Assembly: GCA_040954595.2 (NCBI GenBank)
Contig: CM082584.2
Coordinates: 8,571,146 to 8,635,145, forward strand
DNA: 64,000 nt
Reading direction: 5' to 3'
Source: Balanoglossus misakiensis
Taxonomy: Eukaryota > Animalia > Hemichordata
The notes below the pieces were generated by a model that did no database searches, was not told the DNA's origin, and saw nothing but the letters and a program-made list of their open reading frames with translations. This document shows, in pieces, positions 13,601 to 23,815 of the stretch. The translations under genes were made by a program, and so were the position numbers. How positions within the stretch are numbered: position 1 is the first letter of the stretch; every line of letters starts with the position of its first letter.

Positions 13601-13726
13601 GCCGTAACAAAACGTTTTTGTCGCCGAGGAGTGAAAAAAGAACGGTCAGATCGTTGCGGTGCAGGGAATTCTTATTTGCACCGCTGCACTTTTTTTTCTA
13701 TTTCTTTTTATTTTATGAGAACTTTT
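10651..13726. repeat. Tandem array of ~557-bp palindrome-rich unit (5 full copies + 1 internally deleted copy)
   Basis: Units start (TTTCAATATCTACGCTGCG) at 10651, 11180, 11737, 12294, 12854 and 13410, with lengths 529/557/557/560/556/partial. Each contains repeated GCACCGCTGCGGTGC palindromes. Confidence 0.97.
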
Positions 13727-13739
13727 GGTATGCATGTAG

Positions 13740-13879
13740 GACTTCTGGGTAACGCGCGGGTTACGCACGCGCGCGTCTGCGCTCGCTCCAGGTATCGCGC
13801 GCCTGCTCCGGTCCGCGTCCCACGTCCAGGGTCGTGAAATTTACTACAATCATGAGTATGTAAATAGCAATACAGCAAA
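13740..13879 (+). promoter_or_regulatory. CpG-rich proximal promoter of the FAAH-like gene
   Basis: CG-dense tract (AACGCGCGGGTTACGCACGCGCGCGTCTGCGC...) just upstream of the ATG. A YY1-like AAAATGGCGGCG overlaps the start codon. Confidence 0.55.
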
Positions 13880-16800
13880 ATGGCGGCGCCCAGGAGGTTG
13901 AGAATGGGAGACTGGCTTAACAAGTATTTTGAAATCGGACGTCAAGACGATGGCAAATTTAGCATACAGCTTCGAGAGTCGGTCAGGTATCGCCAGGCTG
14001 CTGTTGAGGCATTCGGCAGAACGGTTTTGTGGATAATGACATTCCCAAACTCAAGGGACAAGAAGTTCTTGACCATATTCGCTGTGTGTGCGCTCACATG
14101 GTTCGTTCAGAAATGGGCCGGGTCGGCCCACCAGCGAGCTTTAAACCGCCAGAAAGCTCGGGAAAAGCGGATGGAGTCTGCAAAGGCGAAAATGGAATTG
14201 CTGAAAAGGGTGACCACGACGGATAAGGTAAAAATACCACAGGCGCACGGCGTCGTCTGCACAAATGAAAAGTAGGTCACCATTGGTGACCTTCGCTGGG
14301 GTCAAAACGACCTGATGGGTGAACCTTGTGTGAAACTTTATGACTGAAATAGAATACAATTCAAAATGGGTAACCAAACGCTTTTCTTGGCTAATAGTCG
14401 TCTGGATTTGGCATACCCCCTGTACCAGAACTTGGCGAGAGCTGGACAGTCATTCAAAATGAGGGCGTGGAGGTACCGTACGCCCTCAAACCGAACGGCT
14501 AGCTGTACCTTCACCATGTTCACTGTACCCATAGACTCTAGGGTCTATGCTGTACCTTACACCATTGAAAATTAAATTGATTCTATGTCTTTTACTTAGG
14601 ATATTTTAGTCAAGAGGGAAGAGATTTTAAATCTCACCCTCGCCGATTTGTCAAAGTCTTTGAAGGCTGGTGTGTATTCCCCTACAGAAGTCCTACATGC
14701 ATACCAAGCTAAGGTAGGTTGATTGTGAGATGGATTAATTGTAAAGTTTGGAAATATAGTTGTCCAAATAATAGCAAGTTGTAATTTTTTTGATATATTT
14801 ATTTTTGTGTCATACAAAAATCAGTTTTGTTTTGTCAAAAGCTTGACTCTCGGACCTTGTGGAGTTACAACTTGACTTAAGATTCTTTTTCTGTTTTCTA
14901 CTAGGCTATGGAATGCACAAGTCAAGTTAATTGTGTAACTGAACCTATAGAAGAAGCAGAGGTAAAGTTCCCATGATAGGATAGTGGCACATTTGCATAA
15001 CAACACAAGTATAATGTTATTCAGTTTCACATTTGATGAAAATATTCCCTAGCATGTGAACAGGTCCATGGATGTAGAGTAACAAATGCTGGGATGCACT
15101 TCCTGATTTTACAGGAATGGGCCAAAGAATTGGAGACAGATGATGAGAAGAAGGGTCTTCTGTTTGGCATCCCTGTCAGTGTTAAGGAAAACGTACAGAT
15201 GAAGGTACAACGCAGATATCTTTGGGTTTTTTTTTATATCAAAACTCTAAAAACTACAAATTTAAATGACACACAATGCATTCTTGAACTGAATGACGTA
15301 ATACCTCCTAAATAGAAAAACATGACTGAACTTCTGCGTGCATGATAATATATGCAACAGAAAAGTTTTTTTTATATACTCGATGATTTATCTCTACCAA
15401 CAGGGCTATGATGCGACATTAGGTTTTGGAAAGTTTGTTCATCAGCCAGCTGTAGATGACAGTGTCCTTGTCAAGGTTTTGAAACAGCAAGGAGCTGTGC
15501 CTTTTGTCAGGACCAATGTACCTCAAATGCTACTTAGGTAGGTTATGCTAGGCAACATTTATTTTCTGCCATCTATCACAGCAGACCATCGTCTCATAGC
15601 AACCAATGGCGGCCATCTTGTTGTCTTCGTCATTCTTTACTTTTGTTTTCCCCCTCAGTTTTGTTTGCAGTAATCCAGTGTACGGAGAGACGGTTAATCC
15701 CGTGAACCCGGACAAAGTGCCCGGTGGGTCCTCGGGTGGGGAGGCGGCGCTGATCAGGATGGGAGGGTCAGTTCTAGGGATTGGTACAGACATCCTGGGC
15801 AGTGCCAGAATTCCGGCGCATTTCAGTGGTGTCTGTGGTTTCAAACCTACACAGAGAAGACTTAGGTAATTGCCTAATGTGATTAAAATACTTGCCTTTC
15901 CATGATAACCCCACCCCACCTCCTTCCTCAATCAAATGTTTGCAAGTACAAAAATTGTGACGAAGAATGTTTGAACTTTGACACGGAAATACCCTCCCCC
16001 CTGAAACATCATTCGTTAAAATTACAAACCAAACTTGCAGTTGATTACTCTCGTATGAATTGTGCTCCCTGCTGATTGTCATGACATGACCTCAGTGACC
16101 CCCAGCATTCATTTCTTGGGTTCTTCTTTCAGCTCAGCAGGAATCTGCACTTCAATACCAGGACAGAAATCAGGTAAGCAGATCACGTACGTGATTACAA
16201 ATCACGGCCACCATTGATAAATTGGCATTGATTAGAATAGGAAACAGTTTTCGTATATCATCATCTTGTCTGCATTTATCAACAGTGTCTGGCTGTCCGG
16301 GTGTCATGGCCCAAGACATCGACAGCATTGCTCTGGGAATGAAGGCATTACTTGTGCCGGAGATGTTTGAATTGGACAAAACTGTATTACCGGTTCCCTT
16401 CAATGAAGAGGTATATACTTTAATACCACTGAACGTGTCTTCCCCTCCCCCCCCAAAAAACAAAAACAAAAAACCCACAGCATACCTCCCATTCTGACTT
16501 TAAGCCACAGTCCCTCTATCTCCAATGTTTGGTCTGTGTCTGTTCTCTGCTTTGTTGCCATGGAAAAACATCTGTTTGTTGATTTGCTTCTAAACACGTC
16601 AAATAAATACCCCTGTACATTGTGCTCTCTTCGTAGGTTTATGCTGATGGCAGGAGACTACGCATTGGCTATTATGACTATGACAAAATTATTACACCAA
16701 CTCCACCTTGCAGACGTGCTGTTGCCATGGCAAAGGAAGCTCTTGAGCAAGCTGGACACACTGTAAGATGATTTTTTGCATACATGTATTTCAAATTATT

Positions 16801-19099
16801 TTTTTGGTTGCTGAAATTTCCATTGTTAGATCATACATAATTTTGCAAATTTTAAAATGATGTTTAGATGAAAATGTAAATAACAAAGTCTGAGATTGTC
16901 GTCAAAATGAAGATGGTTTACTTTTCCGTCTTTCAGTTAATTGCGTTTGATCCACCCGGAATGGACAATCCGTACCAGCACCCTATGCCAAACCTCACTT
17001 TCCTTGGAGCTTTTGCTGATAATTATGACACGATAAGGAATGCATTGTAAGTTGTGACATCTTGTTTTTCACATTCCTTCACAATGCCTGCAACACTGGT
17101 GTTCCCATTCTCTCAAGTGCATGGAAAGACTCGCTGGACTTCAACTTGCCGGAGTGAAATTTGAACTCAATGCCAAACAGTTTCTTGTTTTCATTTCCAG
17201 TCAAATGGCTAGAAGGATCGAGGGATATCCAACTTCCGGAATATTCACAGTTTTAGCACCAAAACCAAATGTGCACACACCATCTTGAAACTATAATTTG
17301 GAAACATTGTGATATGCACATACATGACATGTTAGCTGTACCAGCTCAATGGAGCTTCATTCTTTTGACAATCTTGTTATATATTTTTTTTTATTCCAGT
17401 AAAGATGAAGATATGGACCCGTATGTGGGTGTGCAATTGAAATCTTACCTTCTGCCATCAATAGTCAAAAGGGTGGCCTCCTTTATATTTGGTTTTTGGG
17501 TGAGTGGATTTTATGATGGTAGCACACACACACCCCAGGGACAGATTATTCAATTTTAGACCTTCAAACCCTTCAATGCACTTGGTTTATTAAAATGCGT
17601 GAGGAATTTTTTTGCAAACGAAGATAGAAAACATGGTGTTCGCCATCAGCTATAAATGTTTGTGTATAAGTTTGGACACAGACCAAATCTAACCCCAGAG
17701 GTGATTATTTTAGCCACGGCCATGGTGAATTGCTTGTAATGCGAAAACACCCTTATGTGAAATGCAAAGTAAGTTCCATCTAGACATCAGTTCTGACCAA
17801 TCTAAGTGATAGGACAGTGTCATTGATGCTCTTTATCTCTATTACAGTCTCCCAGAATCCAGGCACTACTGAGATGTACCTCCGGGGTTGGGTAAGTAAG
17901 CTGGTGACCATATTTGCAGAAATTGTTACGAGAGGGAAATGTGTAACGCAAACACAGTGTGGATGAGCCTCTGTGAATTATCTTTTTTTGTTCTTTTAAA
18001 AAAATACACTGACAAAGAATAAGAAAGGTCCTGACATGTGATGTGCCTGAATGTGAATGAACACTTCTGTCTCACTTTTTTCTTTTCTTTTTCTTTCCAG
18101 TTCTGTCCATGATCTTTGGCAGCTGCACGCAAAAAGAGAGGTACGTGTATAAACAATGCTATGATAGTTTGTTTTTCTGAATATTTACAGTCAGTGACTG
18201 AAATCGTTTCATGTTGCGATACAGACGCTTATTGGTTAATTACCAGGTTAAATAATTTGGTCCTATAGAACACGTTTCATTTTGAGACTCCCAGATCCAG
18301 TCTCATTCGCCGTATTCCCAATTTGAAGTCTTAGGTATCCTCGGTCAAAGGGTTAATTCATAGAACACCTCAAAAGTGACAGACCCTTCAAAACCCTGTT
18401 CAAACTTGCAGGCCTACATAAATGACTTTCTCACAAGATGGACAGAGACCGGGATAGACGTTCTGATATGTCCAGTCTTCGCAATCCCAGCATGCAGGCC
18501 AGAAGAAGCTGGTGAAGTTACTTGTAAGTATATATTGTTTAGTGTGAAGGGTTCAATGTTCGTTCATTGGGTGTCTTTGTGTCTGTCTGACTGTAGTGTG
18601 TAATACCACATACTGTTTATAGGAGGTATGTAGATAACATAGCATTGCAAGAGGAATTTTGTGTATGGGGAGAAAAATAGTTCACTCATTTTTTTTAATA
18701 TTCACCCACAGTCGCTGCATCCTATTGCTCCATATTCAACTTACTGGACTTCCCAGCAGGCTCTGTGCCAGTCACCACGGTGACCGAGGAGGATGAAGAG
18801 GAGATGGAGAAGTTTCCGCAGAGAGATCTCATTGATAAACTGACCAAAAAAGTAAGCAGTCGTTCTTTTCTGGGTCTCAGGGTGGTTGAACTTGCCATGT
18901 ACTGTATATTCTGGTAAGGATATGTATACCAGTTTTGAACGGTGTCACATTTTAATTTGACGGGAGTATCTGTGCGTTCATTTTGTAGGCATTCAAAGAC
19001 TGTGTTGGATTACCCATTGGTGTTCAGTGTGTGGCACCCCCGTGGCAGGAGGAACTGTGTCTACGACTCATGAAGGAAGTGCAAAACGCTGTTGAGTAG
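13880..19099 (+). CDS. FAAH: Fatty-acid amide hydrolase 1 / VDHAP-like amidase, 16 exons, ~632 aa
   Basis: Exons 13880-14227, 14600-14713, 14905-14961, 15115-15204, 15404-15537, 15659-15865, 16133-16173, 16286-16410, 16637-16762, 16937-17046, 17400-17499, 17848-17891, 18101-18140, 18412-18523, 18712-18851 and 18989-19099 are all in frame. Catalytic Lys (GIPVSVKEN), amidase signature [11 protein letters not shown]...[23 protein letters not shown] and C-terminal [25 protein letters not shown] are present. Orthology to FAAH1 versus a paralog is not resolved. Confidence 0.92.
14523..14556. mobile_element. 20-bp palindromic mini-element with 7-bp target-site duplication
   Basis: CTGTACC-CATAGACTCTAGGGTCTATG-CTGTACC: the insert has CATAGAC/GTCTATG inverted ends flanked by a perfect 7-bp direct repeat. 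Confidence 0.55.
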
Positions 19100-19640
19100 A
19101 ACCAATAGTGGTACAAAATGTTGGTCTTCCATTTGGGTCGTCGTATTCGACCAAATTTCAAGTTAACTCCGCTGAAATTTTCTGTCACCCCTAATTTACA
19201 TACGCCCATATATGGCTGAAATGGCGTATTTGAGTGTTCTAAGGAACATGTGGTGGCCATCTGTGATTGGCTAGATCTCAGTTTGCCATAGTAACTGCAG
19301 CTTAATTTGCATAGGTGACCGTATACCTTTAATGCAACACTTATACAGAAAAATACATGCCAAGGCAAAAATTGTGGAATAAAGTAGGGGGTGCATGTAC
19401 AAAACTTGGCACGGATGTCGAAGTCGCGTGACACAGTGTCATTCAGTTTTACAGCATACATAAATAACTCGCCACCAAATCATTAGGTATAGTTGAGGTC
19501 GAAAGGTCATACATGAACAAAAGGAACCATCATTTACTCAGTGTTTGAGAACGACAGCATTCTTTGGCCAGGTGCCAAACATTGATAAGTTGCACCACAC
19601 ATAGTTCCTCCTTGCAAATGTGTGTCTGATTGTATTTTAA

Positions 19641-19725
19641 CCCTGTCACCCCCAGTTCCCTGTACAGAGGTCCAACCTTGCCATTGAAAACAAAGGAGTT
19701 GGACTAAACCATGGTGGTGAAAGGG
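19641..19725. mobile_element. 85-bp piggyBac-like MITE (copy 1)
   Basis: TTAA on both sides (19637-19640, 19726-19729). TIRs CCCTGTCACCCCCA / TGGTGGTGAAAGGG (12/14). Homologous copies at 26011 and 43625. Confidence 0.75.
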
Positions 19726-20378
19726 TTAAAATTCCAAAGATTTCTTGAATTGAGGTGGCTAAGCTATAAATTCGGGTTTAGAAGAACAAATATCTAGCAC
19801 CGGCTGTGTCATCTTCCATATCACCACAGCATAGTTTACAGGGGTACAGCTTTACCAAAGACAGCCTAATATTTTCTCTAAAAAAAAGATTTCAACACCA
19901 AATATTCTATGATAATGTTTTGCATTTATTGAATAATGTCAGACCAAACCAAATCATACAAACATATTTTTTACAAACTTTACAGTCTGGAAAATCTTTG
20001 ATACAAATCCCACTACTTCTTGTTGTTGTCCATATAAATTGATACTGATTACAATATATTGCTCAATGGAAGGTTATCTGCAAATATGCAGTTGTCAAAA
20101 CGGGAATACTGTCAAAAAGCAAACCAAAACAGAATGAGCATATAAGTGAAAGCTGACTCAGATATCAGTTTACATCGATATTACTGATGATCCGAGAATC
20201 CATCTCTAGTACATCAATATATGAACTGAATATGACTAAATTGTTTGCTCATGAAATAAAATAAAATACAGGCATACAGGAAAATCTGAATATATACACA
20301 GGATTTTTTGATTAAACAGATACACTTATTCTCATACAAGTGCTGTAATGATGTTTTTTTTGTCAAAAGTGGTCATTA

Positions 20379-20500
20379 CAATCTGATTAAAATCCGATGT
20401 AAAAGATGAGTGGGCCTTTTCTCTTGAATCGCATTGTGGTCTACGATGCTATCAAAGAGAAAAGACCCACCCATCTATACATCAGATTTTAATCAGATTG
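20379..20500. repeat. 122-bp near-perfect inverted repeat (fold-back / MITE-like)
   Basis: Left arm CAATCTGATTAAAATCCGATGTAAAAGATGAGTGGGCCTTTTCTCTTGAATCGCATTGT pairs with right arm ACGATGCTATCAAAGAGAAAAGACCCACCCATCTATACATCAGATTTTAATCAGATTG around a GGTCT loop. Confidence 0.85.
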
Positions 20501-21589
20501 AAATAATTACATGTACTGATCACTTGAATATATTAAAGCCATTGAAAATTACATTCCAAAAACTGCATTTGCTTGTAAAAACAAAACAAAAACTTGAAAA
20601 ATGGTAAAATGTGGAGAATAAGTTCAGCTAATCAAGTGTTCAGAGGTTTAACACCTTTGCTGGCAATCAATACAATAATCCAACAGCTCTCAAGTGAAAC
20701 TGATTAAAATACATTCAACGCATACTGTAATAAGCTTAGAGGTCAAGTTGAGTTCCTGTTTCATAATGTCCTGTGGATGCATTTTTTTCTCAGTGAAAGA
20801 ATAAAACACAACACTATTAATATATCGATCATGCTTAAAAAATCTTATATAAAACGAACATAAATGAATACTTTGTTTCACCATGAAATATATGTCTGGT
20901 AATGGTTATACAACAGCTATATTATTTTCTTCTAAGTTCTGTAAAGTCAAAATACTCAATGTGTGGGAAAAAAAACTCTAAATTTATGACAAAAATCTTA
21001 ACTTCTTAATAATCCATGCAGCTGTTTTGCTGACTCCACATTGTAAGCATCAACATGATAAAACTTGAAATACAGCACCAACATGAATGACAAACAAATC
21101 TACAGATAAAATCCTGTTATCAGGTTGATTGAATAGGTGTTGCCAGTTCAACTGTTTGTGTTGGCATTAAAGTCAGCACAGTTCAAATGACCCCAATTGT
21201 TTATGTTCAAAATGTCACTGTTGATGGGTAACCCATACACGAAATCATAAAAAATCCCAGCCCACTCTTAAGTGTAATCGATTTAAAGTCTAGAGTACAA
21301 ATTTCCACTGGAATTAAACATATCAGTTGATGTGAATACTGTTTGCTGTGTGTGCAATTGCAACCCTTTGGAAAGAAAGGCATCTCAGTCAAACTAAAGT
21401 TTGTCGTCATTAAGTCTTTCCAATGTCATTCAAATAATGCACATTATAGAGGAAACTCTCTTGGTGATACAGCTGGCAACTGTCATCACGGCATATTATG
21501 CCCACAATCAACACTGGATAGCTAGTGTATAGCACAGTGACCTTCACAGAATGCATGTGCACAACCAGTATTACCAAATACAACCTCAC

Positions 21590-21859
21590 ACTATCAGCAA
21601 TCACTACTTGTATGTCATCTACTGCCATTGTAAATGACATGACATGCTGCGATTGCCCCAGTCAGCATGCACAACTTCCATACCACGTATAAAGACTCTG
21701 TATCAGATGTGTACAAAGATTTGTGGCACTCATTGCAAGAGTCAGCAACCACTATACTTCCATGCCATATCATCTTTTACCATGCAAATTAGACTTTGAG
21801 GCAGTGGTAGCAATTCCAATCAGCATGCAACCACTACCTCCATGTCATATCTCTGTCAC
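21590..21859 (-). pseudogene. Degenerate tandem copies of the TRIM terminal NHL-blade coding segment
   Basis: Segments near 21791-21859, 21709-21772, 21650-21682 and 21593-21630 resemble CDS 21871-21929 (AGACTTTGAGGCAGTGATTGCCCCAGTCAGCAACCACTACTTCCATGTCATCTGTCACT) with indels. Confidence 0.7.
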
Positions 21860-23815
21860 TCACTGTGCAAAGACTTTGAGGCAGTGATTGCCCCAGTCAG
21901 CAACCACTACTTCCATGTCATCTGTCACTGTTATGCCAGCTGGTGAGTTTAACCCATCCTCAGCTTTATCAATGCGACAAATGAATTTACCTCGGTTGTC
22001 AAATTTCTGCACTTTGTTGTTTTTCATGTCACAGACATACAAACATCCGGCATTATCAGCCACTATTCCTGTTGGGTAATGAAGCTTCCCATCACCTTCA
22101 CCAAAACTTCCAAATGCAAACAGAAACTCTCCATCTGCATTGAAAGCTTGAATGCGATTGTTGCCTATATCAGATGCAAAAACTACTCCACTGTTATCAA
22201 CAGTCAAGAAGTAGGGCCCCATAAATTCTCCCTGTTTTGTGCCATAACATCCAAACGATTTCATATACCGAAAATCGCGTGTGTATTTCCTGATGCAGTG
22301 AGTATCTTTGTCTGTGTCATCACCCTTTCCATCCCAATCACTCACATAAACACTGCCATCCACAGGGCTAATAGCAATGCGGTGGGTATACTTGACCTCT
22401 TTGCCAAAACATCTGATCAATGATCCATTTTCATCACTTACAACTATTTGTTTGTTAACCCTATCTGTCATTAAGTATTCGTCATCAACTGATATTGCAA
22501 CATCCTGCGGTAGGAAAGGGTTTGCAAACTGAGTAAATGTGAAACTTGATTTGTAATTCCCATCCCTGGTGGTTGTTTGTATTCTGTTGTTATTAATATC
22601 AGCTGTGACAATGTCTCCATGTCTGTTAATACTGACACCTAGGGGGCAATTGAACTCACCGGCTCTTCCACCTTTACACCCAATGGTCTTCACCAAGCCT
22701 TTCTCTTTGTGAACAGATGATGAATCTCTAATCAGCGATCCCAGCATTCCGTTTTCTGTGTAATGCTTCGCCTGGAACTTCTGCAGCATCTCCGCCCTTG
22801 CATCAACCTTTGTCTCCATGGAGATAATTTTCTCCATGTGATGAATCGTCTCCTGCTTGGTGGACATGATTTGGGCCGGCGTCCCGTGATGCAGCAGTGT
22901 CTCTACGTAGCAGCACTGGCTTGCTATTTGGCCGTGTTTCAGTTCCCATTCATCGATTTGTCCCTCCGCCTGCTTCACTCTCTGTCCGTAGTCGGCTTGC
23001 AGCTCTGCTATCAACCGTCTCTCCTCCCTCTGCGCCTTCTGGATGATCTCTGCTGTCTGTCGTCTCACTTTCTGCTCTTCTTCCCGGCACCCAGACACCA
23101 GTTTCTCTCTTATCTGAATAGCAACTGACTTGCATGCCGCCACCCCTTTCTTCGTTTCCACCGCCTTACGTACCAAGTCTTGCAACATTCTGCTGTGCTC
23201 TTTGGCAGCATCTTGGAGATCTGTGTGCGTGTGCTTATTGTGTTTGGTAATGGCGCAGTCTGTGCACACGACCTCCCCACAGGTCTCACAGAAGAACTTC
23301 ACCACATTTTCAGGGTGAACGTTGCAGTAGACTTTTTGTTGTTGCAAGAGAGTTGACGATTTAGCTGTTTTGTAGTCATCTAGTGTCATGATCTTGTGGC
23401 CGCTCACAAACTGCTTGTGTGATTTTGTGCAGATTTTGCACAGCATCACACTGCAGTCAACACACCAGTTAGCTCCATCATGTTCAGCACACCCACCGCA
23501 CACAGGGGGCCAGTTGTCACCTTCAGAAGGACGCTGTTTCAGATACAGATCCGCCAATGAGTTGATGAAAAAGTTGGCTTTCAACTTAGGCACACCGCCG
23601 TCAGGAAGATTGCACACCATACGACAAGTAGGGCACTTCAGCCTACCTCTCCCTTTTACCAACTTTGTTAGACACGACTCACAGAAAGAATGGTCACATG
23701 GCAAGACTTTGGGTTTCTTGAACAGCTCCAGACAGATAGCACAGGAAAGGAAATTCCTGCCAAGTTCGTCTAAAACTTTTTCTAAGTCAGACAGATGTGA
23801 AAATGCAGCAGCCAT
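21860..23815 (-). CDS. TRIM-NHL E3 ubiquitin ligase (TRIM2/3/56/71-like): RING, B-box1, B-box2, coiled coil, NHL repeats; single coding exon, 651 aa
   Basis: RING CAICLELFKKPKVLPCDHSFCESC...CPTCR, B-box1 CGGC...CVDCSVMLCKICTKSH, B-box2 CNVHPENVVKFFCETCGEVVCTDCAITKH, and NHL repeats (GEFNCPLGV...DINNNRIQ; DWGNHCLKVF). ATG at 23815 (aagATGG) lies just after a probable splice acceptor. Confidence 0.93.
   Translation of the reverse strand: MAAAFSHLSDLEKVLDELGRNFLSCAICLELFKKPKVLPCDHSFCESCLTKLVKGRGRLKCPTCRMVCNLPDGGVPKLKANFFINSLADLYLKQRPSEGDNWPPVCGGCAEHDGANWCVDCSVMLCKICTKSHKQFVSGHKIMTLDDYKTAKSSTLLQQQKVYCNVHPENVVKFFCETCGEVVCTDCAITKHNKHTHTDLQDAAKEHSRMLQDLVRKAVETKKGVAACKSVAIQIREKLVSGCREEEQKVRRQTAEIIQKAQREERRLIAELQADYGQRVKQAEGQIDEWELKHGQIASQCCYVETLLHHGTPAQIMSTKQETIHHMEKIISMETKVDARAEMLQKFQAKHYTENGMLGSLIRDSSSVHKEKGLVKTIGCKGGRAGEFNCPLGVSINRHGDIVTADINNNRIQTTTRDGNYKSSFTFTQFANPFLPQDVAISVDDEYLMTDRVNKQIVVSDENGSLIRCFGKEVKYTHRIAISPVDGSVYVSDWDGKGDDTDKDTHCIRKYTRDFRYMKSFGCYGTKQGEFMGPYFLTVDNSGVVFASDIGNNRIQAFNADGEFLFAFGSFGEGDGKLHYPTGIVADNAGCLYVCDMKNNKVQKFDNRGKFICRIDKAEDGLNSPAGITVTDDMEVVVADWGNHCLKVFAQ

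Noticed and set aside
10895-13690. CRISPR-like array of palindromic GCACCGCTGCGGTGC repeats
   Set aside because: The spacers are only ~10-14 bp, similar to each other and identical between units. There are no cas genes and the context is eukaryotic.
10900-13837. Repeated 70-125-aa ORFs on both strands in the tandem array
   Set aside because: They are by-products of the repeat. Poly-T length changes and subrepeat loss shift frames between copies, and there is no domain similarity.
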